This document shows, piece by piece, positions 47,140 through 56,121 of a DNA stretch of 64,000 bases. The position numbers and the translations under genes were made by a program. The notes beneath the pieces are model-generated. The model had not been told where the DNA came from. It worked only from the letters and a program-made list of their open reading frames with translations, and did not search any database. Each line of letters opens with the position of its first letter. Position 1 is the stretch's first letter. This stretch comes from Patescibacteria group bacterium (lineage in GTDB: Bacteria; Patescibacteriota; Minisyncoccia; Phycocordibacterales; Zambryskibacteraceae), in NCBI GenBank assembly GCA_004322205.1, contig SCSN01000008.1, forward strand, positions 18,370-82,369. Reading direction: 5' to 3'.

Positions 47140-49262
47140 ATTTTTTGCTTGCGAAGCAGTATAGCATTGAATGCCACAATGACGGTAGATAACGACATGA
47201 ATATCGCCGCCACTGCCGGCTCTAGAATGATTCCCTTGAATGCCAGCGCCCCTGCCGCAAGCGGCAACGCCACTATGTTATAGCCTGTTGCCCAGAAGAG
47301 GTTTTGGAGCATTTTTGAGTAGGTGAGTTTGGAGAGACGAATGATTTTTGGAATATCTCGGGGATCGCTTTTGACAAGTATGATGCCTGCTGATTCTATG
47401 GCAACATTGGTGCCAGCGCCGATGGCAATACCGAGGCTCGCTTGGGTGAGGGCGGGCGCATCGTTGACACCATCGCCCACAAATGCCACCTTGGCGCTCT
47501 CTTTCTGAAGAAGTTTTACCTTTTCGGATTTCTGGTGCGGCAGGACCTTGGCAAAGTATTGGTCAACGCCGAGCTCTTGTGAGACCCACGCCGCCACGTC
47601 TTCGGAGTCGCCAGTAACCATCGCCACCTTGATGCCAAGAGCCTTAAGGGAGCGAACTGCTTCTCGGGATTCCGGCCGGATAACGTCAACCAGCGCAATG
47701 CTTCCCGCCAGTTTCCCATCTACAACCACGTGAATCGTAGTCTTGCCTTGCTTTGTCAGTCCGGAGATTTTTGTCTGATGGCTGCTCTCGAGAGTGATGC
47801 CGAGTTCAGCAAGGAGTACGTCGCTTCCGACGAAAACCTTTTTGTCTCCCACATCAGCTTTCGCTCCCTTTCCGGCAAGGCGCTCGAAGTTTTTTATTGT
47901 CAAATTTCCTATTTTTCGCGCCGCCGCCTCTGAAACGATGGCTTTGGCAATGGGATGTTCCGATTCTCGGTTGACTCCCGCGGCATAACGCAGCACTTCT
48001 TCTTCAGGAAAACTATCAGCAGAAATTATAGCGTCAACTCCAAACTCTCCGCGGGTCAAAGTTCCTGTCTTGTCGAAGAGAACAGTGTCAACATTCCTGG
48101 CTGCCTCGAGAGCCAGGCGTTGCCGAACCAAGAGACCGTTTCGCGCCGCCATGGTGGTTGAGATTGAAGCTACTAGTGGAACCGCGAGCCCCAGAGCGTG
48201 GGGGCAGGCGATAACCAGCACCGCGACAAGGCGCTCGGTGGCAAAAACAATCCCTGCTTTAGCGAGAATCCAGAGAATAAAAGTGAGTCCTCCGGCGGCG
48301 ACGGCAACAACAGTCAGGTAAAATGCTGCCCGATCAGAGAGAATCTGGAGACGCGATTTGCTGGCCTGCGCTTCCGCCACCAGCCGCATGACGCCGGCAA
48401 GAAAGGTGTGCTCTCCGATTTTGCTGACCGAAATCTTGAGACTGCCGTCACCGTTTATTGCTCCAGCAATGACCTCGTCGCCGACCTTTTTGGGTACCGG
48501 CTTCGACTCCCCGGTAATTATAGATTCATTGAGTTCCGTTCTCCCCTCGATAATTTTTCCGTCGGCTGGTACTTTGCCTCCCGGTTTTACCATAACCAGA
48601 TCTCCGATAGTAAGTTCTGAAAGGGGGACAATCACAGTCGAGTTACCGCGGATAACCTCTGCAGTATCCGGCAGAAGCTTTGCCAGCTCCTTTAGGGCAC
48701 CCTGGGCTCCCGCGACCGCTCTCATTTCAATCCAGTGGCCAAGGAGCATGATGCCAATCAGAGTCGAAAGCTCCCAGAATAGATTGTGCGGTGAGCCGCG
48801 CAACACCTCAAAGACACTGAAAAGATAGGCGGCGGAAATGGCAAGGGCAATCAAGGTCATCATCCCCGGGAGACGTGCTTTTAGTTCGCGATATGCGCCA
48901 ATGATAAACACCCATCCGCCGTAGAAGAAAACAGCCGAGCCGAGAGCAAGGATGAAGAGACTTGAACCGCGAAAGATTGGCGCTTGCCAACCGAGGACTT
49001 TTTCCGAAAGCTCCGAGTAGGCAAGAATGGGTATGGTCAGTATGGCAACAACCCAGAATTTCTTTAAGAAATCCTGCGTTTTATGCCCGGCGTGCTTGTC
49101 GTGAGAGTGGTCTTTCTCTTTTTTATTTCTTCCTTCCGTTGGTACAAGGTTCATTCCGCATTCGGGGCAGATGCCGGGTGTTTCTCGTACAATTTCCGGA
49201 TGCATCGGGCAGGTATATATCTTCTGTTCTCCGGAATTCTTGTCGTTGTGATTGTGATTCAT
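47136..49262 (-). CDS. heavy-metal (copper) translocating P1B-type ATPase, CopB-like (CPH motif)
   Basis: An N-terminal CPMHPE...CPECG metal-binding finger, a TM CPH motif, DKTGTLT, GDGVNDAPAL and the TGES-like actuator. Confidence 0.85.
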   Translation of the reverse strand: MNHNHNDKNSGEQKIYTCPMHPEIVRETPGICPECGMNLVPTEGRNKKEKDHSHDKHAGHKTQDFLKKFWVVAILTIPILAYSELSEKVLGWQAPIFRGSSLFILALGSAVFFYGGWVFIIGAYRELKARLPGMMTLIALAISAAYLFSVFEVLRGSPHNLFWELSTLIGIMLLGHWIEMRAVAGAQGALKELAKLLPDTAEVIRGNSTVIVPLSELTIGDLVMVKPGGKVPADGKIIEGRTELNESIITGESKPVPKKVGDEVIAGAINGDGSLKISVSKIGEHTFLAGVMRLVAEAQASKSRLQILSDRAAFYLTVVAVAAGGLTFILWILAKAGIVFATERLVAVLVIACPHALGLAVPLVASISTTMAARNGLLVRQRLALEAARNVDTVLFDKTGTLTRGEFGVDAIISADSFPEEEVLRYAAGVNRESEHPIAKAIVSEAAARKIGNLTIKNFERLAGKGAKADVGDKKVFVGSDVLLAELGITLESSHQTKISGLTKQGKTTIHVVVDGKLAGSIALVDVIRPESREAVRSLKALGIKVAMVTGDSEDVAAWVSQELGVDQYFAKVLPHQKSEKVKLLQKESAKVAFVGDGVNDAPALTQASLGIAIGAGTNVAIESAGIILVKSDPRDIPKIIRLSKLTYSKMLQNLFWATGYNIVALPLAAGALAFKGIILEPAVAAIFMSLSTVIVAFNAILLRKQKI

Positions 49263-49268
49263 ATTTTT

Positions 49269-49691
49269 CTATCTTAAACTCCATTCAAATGAACGCAGAG
49301 GAATGCCGCCAATGTTTTTAATCTGCAGTTCTATACGCTCCGGCGGGGGATTGATTGAATTGAATCTTATCACCCCCCCTCTGTGGTGGCCGCCCGGTGG
49401 GTCGCCCTGCCAAGAGAGCGGCTTGTATTGTTTACCGTTTTCATCTATAAGAGTCGATGTGCTCACCAGATCTTCATTTAACTCTACTGAATGCGTGCTA
49501 AGTGTCACTTCAAAGTTCCAGAATTCTGCGCTTTTCGATATTTGTGGCTTTACTGTTATTGTTACGCCGCCCGCGTCGCTAGCTTGCGGTTCTAAAGTTC
49601 TTTCATCAATTGGCTCGGCGCTCCTGCGGGGGTATAGAGTAAGGGGAACCGTTGCGGCAATAAGAACTGCAATAATGAATAAGTATTTCAT
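49269..49691 (-). CDS. hypothetical secreted protein or lipoprotein
   Basis: Signal-like N-terminus, no recognisable domain. Confidence 0.4.
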   Translation of the reverse strand: MKYLFIIAVLIAATVPLTLYPRRSAEPIDERTLEPQASDAGGVTITVKPQISKSAEFWNFEVTLSTHSVELNEDLVSTSTLIDENGKQYKPLSWQGDPPGGHHRGGVIRFNSINPPPERIELQIKNIGGIPLRSFEWSLR

Positions 49692-50125
49692 GCTCTTAAA
49701 AACTTTCTAATTTTGTTTGTTATGTACCAGATGCCGAAAATATTGGCGGCAAGACCGACCCAGAAGAGCTCAATTTGGTATTGCCCGATAAATGAGATTA
49801 GTCCTGCAATGCCTACTACCGGCAGTATGTTTGCAAGATAATGAGCGCAGCAGGAAAGCGTGGCGACAGTTGAAGTTGTTCCTGAAGCAACCACTGCTCC
49901 CTTCGGCACGCTTCTTCGGATTGCGTTCTTGAGATAAGAGTAAAGGCCGATTTGTATGCCGAAGCCGAGAGTCAAACTCACAATGAAATACCAGAATCGG
50001 GTAAACTGCTCCAAGGCGAATGCCCAGCCTGAAATCAGGGTGACTACCGCAAAATAGAGGGCAAGAAGCGATAACGCCGCCAATATTCCTTTGAACGCTG
50101 ACTGGATTTTCATTAGACACTGCAT
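49688..50125 (-). CDS. hypothetical 4-TM membrane protein
   Basis: Hydrophobicity pattern only. Confidence 0.4.
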   Translation of the reverse strand: MQCLMKIQSAFKGILAALSLLALYFAVVTLISGWAFALEQFTRFWYFIVSLTLGFGIQIGLYSYLKNAIRRSVPKGAVVASGTTSTVATLSCCAHYLANILPVVGIAGLISFIGQYQIELFWVGLAANIFGIWYITNKIRKFLRA

Positions 50126-50985
50126 CCGCTCCCTCCTCTCGGCTCACGATTCATCTGGTCTTTAAATTTTTGATACCCCGAAGCGCTTGAGTAAGTTGCG
50201 CTCAAAATCTGCTTCGGACTGGTTGTTTCCCAGCGTATGCCCCTGGATTTGAAGTACTCTCCCAGCGAGCGGTAAGTGTCGGGAAACCAAGCCGAATTGG
50301 CCGCAAGAGCTGCCTTGTACATCTCTTCTTCGCTTACATTTTGCGCTGACATCAGTTCAAGAAGCCCGAGCATTGCCATACCGTGATTGCAGTCTGGCAG
50401 ATGAGCGGGGTTGTTGCAGCAGGGGCGGTAAATTGTTCTGGCGAGTCGCTCGACGAGCGACTCCTGCTCGGCTGTGAGCGGTAAAAAGCGGTGTCTGCCC
50501 AAGTGCTCCATCGCGTCGCCTCTGGCAATTGTCCAGCCCGCTGTTGACGCCAGCCCTCCGGCGGTGTTTTTGTCGGCGAAGAAATTTTCTTCCAGCAGTT
50601 TGTTCTTCTGGCCAAGACCTAATGCCCAAAGAAAATTCAGTAAGATATCAGAATTTTCAGGATTTATTTCGACGTAAGCATCTTCATTTTGACTAAGTAA
50701 TTTAGCTGCTTCAGACAACCTTCCGCTTTGCCGATACAATTCTTCAAATTTTTTTCTGTCAATCACTCCAGCGCTCACCATTCTCTCTCCCAGATTCCTC
50801 AGCTTGATTGGCAGGACGTAGCTTTCCGCCGTTATTTTCTCCGGGGGCAGGCTCGCTGCTCCGTCTCCATTTCCACCGTAAACGTAGATTATTGCCCCGG
50901 CTATTAAGAGCCCCGACAGAATAATGCTTCCCGGCAGAGTGAGTTTATTCTCTGTCTTTATATTTTGCTCTTTATCCGACCCCAC
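50113..50985 (-). CDS. hypothetical membrane-anchored protein (Cys-rich CCNNPAHLPDCNHG block)
   Basis: N-terminal TM. A possible metal or thiol site, which is a guess. Confidence 0.4.
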   Translation of the reverse strand: MGSDKEQNIKTENKLTLPGSIILSGLLIAGAIIYVYGGNGDGAASLPPEKITAESYVLPIKLRNLGERMVSAGVIDRKKFEELYRQSGRLSEAAKLLSQNEDAYVEINPENSDILLNFLWALGLGQKNKLLEENFFADKNTAGGLASTAGWTIARGDAMEHLGRHRFLPLTAEQESLVERLARTIYRPCCNNPAHLPDCNHGMAMLGLLELMSAQNVSEEEMYKAALAANSAWFPDTYRSLGEYFKSRGIRWETTSPKQILSATYSSASGYQKFKDQMNREPRGGSGCSV

Positions 50986-51239
50986 TATTTTTTGGTTCTG
51001 TTAAATAACTCGATGAATAGCCAGATTCCGAGCAGGGCAATAATGTTCCAGATAACTAGGCCGGAAATAAACGTCCCGAAGGTAAGAACGTTTTGACCAA
51101 TGTCAGTTTCTGTATGCAGGGCGTAGCGCATAAAGGCAGAACGGATGCCCGGGAAAAGCGCCACGCCTGCATAACAAATGGCGTAAACAATACTGATCCA
51201 AGCTAAACTCACTCTTAGAAGATGTTTGATGTTAATCAT
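50985..51239 (-). CDS. small membrane protein
   Basis: 84 aa with two TM helices. Confidence 0.3.
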   Translation of the reverse strand: MINIKHLLRVSLAWISIVYAICYAGVALFPGIRSAFMRYALHTETDIGQNVLTFGTFISGLVIWNIIALLGIWLFIELFNRTKK

Positions 51240-51255
51240 GGTTTTATATTAACTG

Positions 51256-51660
51256 CTAACAACAATCCTTGAATTTGTCCTCGGAAGCCTTTCGCCGCAG
51301 GCGTCCGAGAACAAACATTACCGTTACCAGAGCGACCACCGAGAATAGAATTAACGCCTTCAGAGCGTCTTCGATAACGAGGAGATAAATTCCAGCCGAC
51401 CCTAAAACTACGAGAATTGTTTTCCAGAAAAACCCAAACTTAGAGCCATATTTTTCGGCGAGAGCCCCTAGGCTTGCCCCCGTAAGAATCGCGATGAAGA
51501 GAGGATCAACGGGTAAGTTTGTTGCGTAGAGAAGTAAAAGACCAACTAGCCAGGTTAGAGCGACTGCGGAGCATATAGGGCAGAATCTTAAAATATCCAG
51601 TTTATGGAGAATCCAGAAAAGTATCACTGACCCGATTAGAATTGCCAGAAGAATTGTCAT
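51256..51660 (-). CDS. hypothetical membrane protein with CPIC motif
   Basis: 134 aa, polytopic. Confidence 0.35.
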   Translation of the reverse strand: MTILLAILIGSVILFWILHKLDILRFCPICSAVALTWLVGLLLLYATNLPVDPLFIAILTGASLGALAEKYGSKFGFFWKTILVVLGSAGIYLLVIEDALKALILFSVVALVTVMFVLGRLRRKASEDKFKDCC

Positions 51661-51664
51661 GATT

Positions 51665-52450
51665 TTAAAGAGACAAAATTATCAGCGCCAAAACAATCAT
51701 AAGAAACCCCGCAGTAATCTTCATTGATCTGTTGTTTGTTTTTTGGAACTCTCTAACTTTTTCCACGACAACTTTATTGCTCGCAACGGCAAGAATTACG
51801 ATAAGGGGAAGAATAAATACAAGGTTGTATATCAGAAGATAGCCAACACCGCTCCAATAAGTTCTGGTATCGTGAAGAAGGCCCAGAACGGCAAGGTACG
51901 GGCCTCCGGTGCAGGGGAATTCGCAGAGCCCTACCAGAGCGCCCAAGGCGAACATGCCGGGCAGTGTTGCTTTTTCCAAAAACACGTTCATCTTGGCGTG
52001 GGCGGCGTGGGGAATTCTGAAGTGGATGGGGAAGCTCGGGAATATAACTTCTAAAATATTAATTGCCCCGAAAATGACAAGGAGGACAGCGGCAAGCTTG
52101 GACATAAAGTGGGGAACGTTGAAAATGTGAAGAATCTGCAGTATTCCAAGCCCAATCAGGAGATAGACCGCGAATATCCCCAAAATATAAGAAACTCCAT
52201 ACTTGAAAATTCTTTCTCTAGTACTGCCCAAGCTGAAAAGAAAAATGATGCTTACGATGAGAACGGAGAAGGCGCAAGGATTGATGCTGTCAATCAGAGA
52301 GGAAACTATCACTAAAGGAAGAAGAAAAGTTCCGCCTCGGCTGACGTTCCAGAGCCACTCTGCGCCTCCGGGAAACTTTTGGAAAAGAAAGGCAAAACCG
52401 ATGACAAGAATTGCCGCTGCGGTTGCTAAAATTAGATTCCTCTTCTCCAT
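51665..52450 (-). CDS. ccdA: cytochrome c biogenesis / thiol-disulfide transmembrane protein CcdA (DsbD-like)
   Basis: LIDSINPCAF and CEFPCTGGPY conserved Cys in TM helices, as in DsbD_2. Confidence 0.65.
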   Translation of the reverse strand: MEKRNLILATAAAILVIGFAFLFQKFPGGAEWLWNVSRGGTFLLPLVIVSSLIDSINPCAFSVLIVSIIFLFSLGSTRERIFKYGVSYILGIFAVYLLIGLGILQILHIFNVPHFMSKLAAVLLVIFGAINILEVIFPSFPIHFRIPHAAHAKMNVFLEKATLPGMFALGALVGLCEFPCTGGPYLAVLGLLHDTRTYWSGVGYLLIYNLVFILPLIVILAVASNKVVVEKVREFQKTNNRSMKITAGFLMIVLALIILSL

Positions 52451-52453
52451 AGA

Positions 52454-52954
52454 CTATGGGGTGACGTTTGCTCTGATGGTTACTGAAACGAGTTTTCCTT
52501 GAGAGCCTTCGAGTATTATCTCTCTTTCAATGGCTCCCACTCCTGCTGGACCGTGGGCGGTCGGGTCGAATTGAACTTCAATTGCAGCTTCGTCACCGGG
52601 CTTGAGTACTTGCTTAAATGTTGGGATAAATCCGTGCCCCAGCATACCAAAAGGCCCCTCGCTCTTATCGCCGACTATAAGTTTAGCCTCTGTGCACATG
52701 CAGGAGGTGTAGAGTTTGTTGAGAGTGATTTCTTTTGACGTTGGATTTTTTACTTTGAATGTTGTTTTTACGTTGCCGTCTTTCATTGAGATGGTTCCAA
52801 AGTCGTGGGAACTCCTGTCGGCCGCGAGCGCAGTTTCTGTTGAGGCACTGTTTCTATTGGGGAGGTTTTCATTCTGCGGACGAGCATAAATAAAAATAAA
52901 GGTGAGGATTGCAACCAGGACCAGCAGGTATATAAAAAATTTCTTTGATTTCAT
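52454..52954 (-). CDS. DUF1573-like exported protein
   Basis: N-terminal TM plus a YTSCMCT CxC motif and a beta-rich region. Confidence 0.45.
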   Translation of the reverse strand: MKSKKFFIYLLVLVAILTFIFIYARPQNENLPNRNSASTETALAADRSSHDFGTISMKDGNVKTTFKVKNPTSKEITLNKLYTSCMCTEAKLIVGDKSEGPFGMLGHGFIPTFKQVLKPGDEAAIEVQFDPTAHGPAGVGAIEREIILEGSQGKLVSVTIRANVTP

Positions 52955-53223
52955 ATTTTCTTCTTTGCCAGTTTATAAACTCTCATTACTTCGCCAACCG
53001 CCCTTTTTGTCTTTCCGTGGCGCATTTGATGAACAACGTGAGTCCCGAGATGGTTTTCGAGAATGAGGTTTTCAACTCCAGACAACGCTTCACGAATGGC
53101 GCTCGATTGGGTAATAATGTCAATACAGTATTTCTCCCGATGGACCATGTTCTGGAGTCCTCTGACCTGACCTTCGATTATCCTAAGCCTTCTTAAAGCT
53201 TTCTTCTTTATCTCTTGCTCCAT
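52951..53223 (-). CDS. csoR: CsoR/RcnR-family metal-sensing transcriptional repressor
   Basis: RLRIIEGQVRGL...CIDIITQSSAIREAL...H pattern (W-X-Y-Z Cys/His ligands). Confidence 0.85.
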   Translation of the reverse strand: MEQEIKKKALRRLRIIEGQVRGLQNMVHREKYCIDIITQSSAIREALSGVENLILENHLGTHVVHQMRHGKTKRAVGEVMRVYKLAKKKI

Positions 53224-53284
53224 GCGGTTATTATACCCCCCGGGGGTATTTAGTCAAGAAAATTTTTTAGCCGCTGTGGATAAT

Positions 53285-53920
53285 TTAAAACTCTCTCGTT
53301 TCTCCTTCCTCTATGACGATGAATTGAATTTCTCGTGGTTCCAACAATTTTGCGGGATGTCGGTGCACGCCACCCCTTGATTTGAGATTGGCGTCATGTA
53401 CTGGAAAAGCTATCTTAGGAGAAATTTCTCTAGCATATTCAATAGCTTCGGAAATTTTTAGCCACGGTCCGGCCACCGGTAGAGCCAGAATCTCCACTTT
53501 TTTGCCCGGATTGTGAAAGGCGTCGCCGGGGTAAAAGAGCCGGTTTGCAATAAAATATCCTGTATTTTGTACTGATGGTATTTCAGAGTGAATCTCTGCG
53601 TGAATGTTACCAAATCCTTCAATCAGTACATCTTTTACTATGATACTTTCTTTGTCTTCAAGAAATTGGTAGCTGATCTTCTCGGGGTCAAGAAGCTTGG
53701 CAACGCCGTGGTTGGTAATGATTTTAACTTGCGGGTTTTTGGCAAGCACTTTCTTGAGAGATTCGATATGAATATGGTCTTGGTGCTCGTGGGTAATGAG
53801 AATGAGGTCAATATTTTCAACATCTTCCTGACCGGTGCTGTAATTGCCCGGATCTGTCAAAATCCGCAGATTGTTTTCTTCAATGAGAAGACAACAATGT
53901 CCGATTTTCGTGATTTTCAT
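53285..53920 (-). CDS. MBL-fold metallo-hydrolase
   Basis: The ITHEHQDH HxHxDH motif. Confidence 0.75.
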   Translation of the reverse strand: MKITKIGHCCLLIEENNLRILTDPGNYSTGQEDVENIDLILITHEHQDHIHIESLKKVLAKNPQVKIITNHGVAKLLDPEKISYQFLEDKESIIVKDVLIEGFGNIHAEIHSEIPSVQNTGYFIANRLFYPGDAFHNPGKKVEILALPVAGPWLKISEAIEYAREISPKIAFPVHDANLKSRGGVHRHPAKLLEPREIQFIVIEEGETREF

Positions 53921-55674
53921 TATTTCTTTTCGGTAATTTCCTTCGTGACTTTTTTCAAGAGATTCTCTAGAGACATCTGTCCTAAGCTTTCCTTGTCTCT
54001 GGATTCAACTGTAACTTTTTTCGACTCTATCTCTTTGTCGCCAATCACTAACGCATAGGGGATTTTTTTAATTTTGAATTGGCGGATTTTTTTATTGAGA
54101 GTTTCGTCTGAATCATCGAGTTCGGCTCGAATGTTTTGATCAAGCAGAGTAGTGTAAATTTTCCGCGCGTATTCCTGATGCGCTCTTCCAATAGGAAGTA
54201 CTCGAATCTGTACAGGAGCGAGCCAAAGAGGGAAAGCGCCGGCGTAGTGCTCAATGAGAAAGCCGATGAAGCGCTCGTGGGTGCCGAGGGGGGCGCGGTG
54301 GATACAGAGAGGAGTTTTTTCTTTGTTATCTTTGTCAATATAGACAAGCTCGAAGCGGCGCGGCTGGGCAAAATCAACTTGATTAGTGGCGAGGGAAAAT
54401 TCTCTGCCAATGGCGCTCCAGACCTGAACGTCGATTTTAGGTCCGTAAAAGGCAGCTTCGTTTGCCACTTCAACATAAGGTATTTTTGATTTTCCAAGCA
54501 CTTTCCGCACCATATCTTCTGTTTTTTCCCAGAGTTCAGGCTCATTGACGAATTTTTCACCGAGCCGCGCTGGATCATGTGTGGAGAAGCGCATCAGATA
54601 CTTTTTTATGCCGAAAATCTCAAAGTAATGAAGATACATATCGTTGACTCGATTGAACTCGTCCTCAAACTGATCGGGAGTGAGATAAATGTGAGCGTCG
54701 TTCATCTGCAAAAATCTGACGCGCATCAACCCAAAGAGCTCACCAGATTTTTCGTGGCGATAAACAGTGCCGTATTCGGCAATCCTCAACGGTAAATCTC
54801 GGTAACTTCTTTGCTCTGAAGCGTAAATTTTGTGGTGATGCGGGCAATTCATCGCCCGCAGGTAGTATCTGCCGCCCTCAAGCTCCATGGGCGGAAACAT
54901 TGTGTCTTGGTAAAAGGGGAGGTGACCGCTCTTAAGATACATTGATTCTTTAGCAATGTGAGGAGTGCGAACACGAACGTAGCCCGCTTGAAGTTCGGTC
55001 TCTTTGGCAAGCTTCTCGAGTTCCTCAATAATGATCGCGCCGTTGGGAAGCCAAAGAGGGAGTCCCGGCCCCACGTCATCGTCGAAAGTGAAGATTTTGA
55101 GCTCTTTGCCTAGCTTGCGGTGGTCGCGCTTTTCAGCTTCTTCTTGCATTTTAATATGCTCATCAAGTTCTTCTTTAGTCTTGAAGGCCAGGCCGTAAAT
55201 ACGCGTGAGCATTTTGTTTTTCTCGTCTCCGCGCCAATAAGCGCCGGCAATGCGGGTGAGCTTGAAGGCGTCGGGGTTAATTTCCGCGGTGTTTTCAACA
55301 TGTCCGCCGCGGCAGAGGTCAGTAAAATTTCCGGAAGTATAAAGTGTTATCTTTTCTTTCTTTGAGATTATTTCGTCAATTAGTTCTTGTTTGTATTGAT
55401 TGTCTTTGAAAAACTCCCTGGCTTCTTTTTCGGTAACTCCTTTTCCTGAAAACTCCTTCCAAGTTTTGAGTATTTTTCTCATCTTCTTCTCAATCGTTGG
55501 GAGATCGGCGGAAGAAGACCCTCCCTCCGGCGGAAAGTCAAAGTCGTAGTAAAAGCCGTTTTCAATGGCAGGACCGATGGTATTTTTTGTCCCCGGGTGG
55601 AGCTCAAGCACAGCGGCGGCGAGAAGGTGCGCCAAAGAATGGCGAAGATACTCAAGATTTCCTGTCTTTTCCAT
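53920..55674 (-). CDS. thrS: threonine--tRNA ligase
   Basis: Class II motifs (FRAMNCPHH, YRHEKSGELFGLMRVRFLQMNDAHI) and a C-terminal anticodon-binding domain. Lacks the N-terminal TGS domains. Confidence 0.95.
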   Translation of the reverse strand: MEKTGNLEYLRHSLAHLLAAAVLELHPGTKNTIGPAIENGFYYDFDFPPEGGSSSADLPTIEKKMRKILKTWKEFSGKGVTEKEAREFFKDNQYKQELIDEIISKKEKITLYTSGNFTDLCRGGHVENTAEINPDAFKLTRIAGAYWRGDEKNKMLTRIYGLAFKTKEELDEHIKMQEEAEKRDHRKLGKELKIFTFDDDVGPGLPLWLPNGAIIIEELEKLAKETELQAGYVRVRTPHIAKESMYLKSGHLPFYQDTMFPPMELEGGRYYLRAMNCPHHHKIYASEQRSYRDLPLRIAEYGTVYRHEKSGELFGLMRVRFLQMNDAHIYLTPDQFEDEFNRVNDMYLHYFEIFGIKKYLMRFSTHDPARLGEKFVNEPELWEKTEDMVRKVLGKSKIPYVEVANEAAFYGPKIDVQVWSAIGREFSLATNQVDFAQPRRFELVYIDKDNKEKTPLCIHRAPLGTHERFIGFLIEHYAGAFPLWLAPVQIRVLPIGRAHQEYARKIYTTLLDQNIRAELDDSDETLNKKIRQFKIKKIPYALVIGDKEIESKKVTVESRDKESLGQMSLENLLKKVTKEITEKK

Positions 55675-55748
55675 ATATCTATCGTAGCATACCCTCGCTT
55701 TTTACCAAGCGCGTGATAGGATGCCACTGGAACTAAACGGAGGCTCTA

Positions 55749-56090
55749 GTGCCGACTTATCAGTCTGTCGCCGAACTTGTTAACGACTTTGCGTTCAGGT
55801 TCGACTTCTCCCAGGAGGAAATGGACAGGATATTCGTTCAGACGCTGGCCACTAGCAGCGCGAAGGGTCCTGATGACCGCGCCTACGACAGCCGCGAGTC
55901 TGTCGAGAGTGGGTTGATCCAACTCCGGAGCGTTCTTCTGTCCTTTCTTGCCCCCGGAGTGGCGCGCAACTGGCTGCAGCAAGTCAGGCACGGCAATGAA
56001 AATATCACTGGCAAGGAGATGCTTCTTGCCGGCAGGATTGCCGAAGTTATTGCCATAGCTCTGTCGGCGCAAGCCAACCGCGGTTGGTGA
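55749..56090 (+). CDS. hypothetical protein (GTG start, GGAGG RBS)
   Basis: 113 aa. The antisense 55746-56147 frame is Arg/Gly-rich and less protein-like. Followed by a hairpin terminator. Confidence 0.4.
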   Translation: MPTYQSVAELVNDFAFRFDFSQEEMDRIFVQTLATSSAKGPDDRAYDSRESVESGLIQLRSVLLSFLAPGVARNWLQQVRHGNENITGKEMLLAGRIAEVIAIALSAQANRGW

Positions 56091-56120
56091 GGTCCCGTGC
56101 ATCTTGCGGGACCTTTTTCG
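56091..56120 (+). terminator. intrinsic terminator
   Basis: GGTCCCG-TGCATCTTG-CGGGACC followed by TTTTTCG. Confidence 0.6.
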
Positions 56121-56121
56121 T

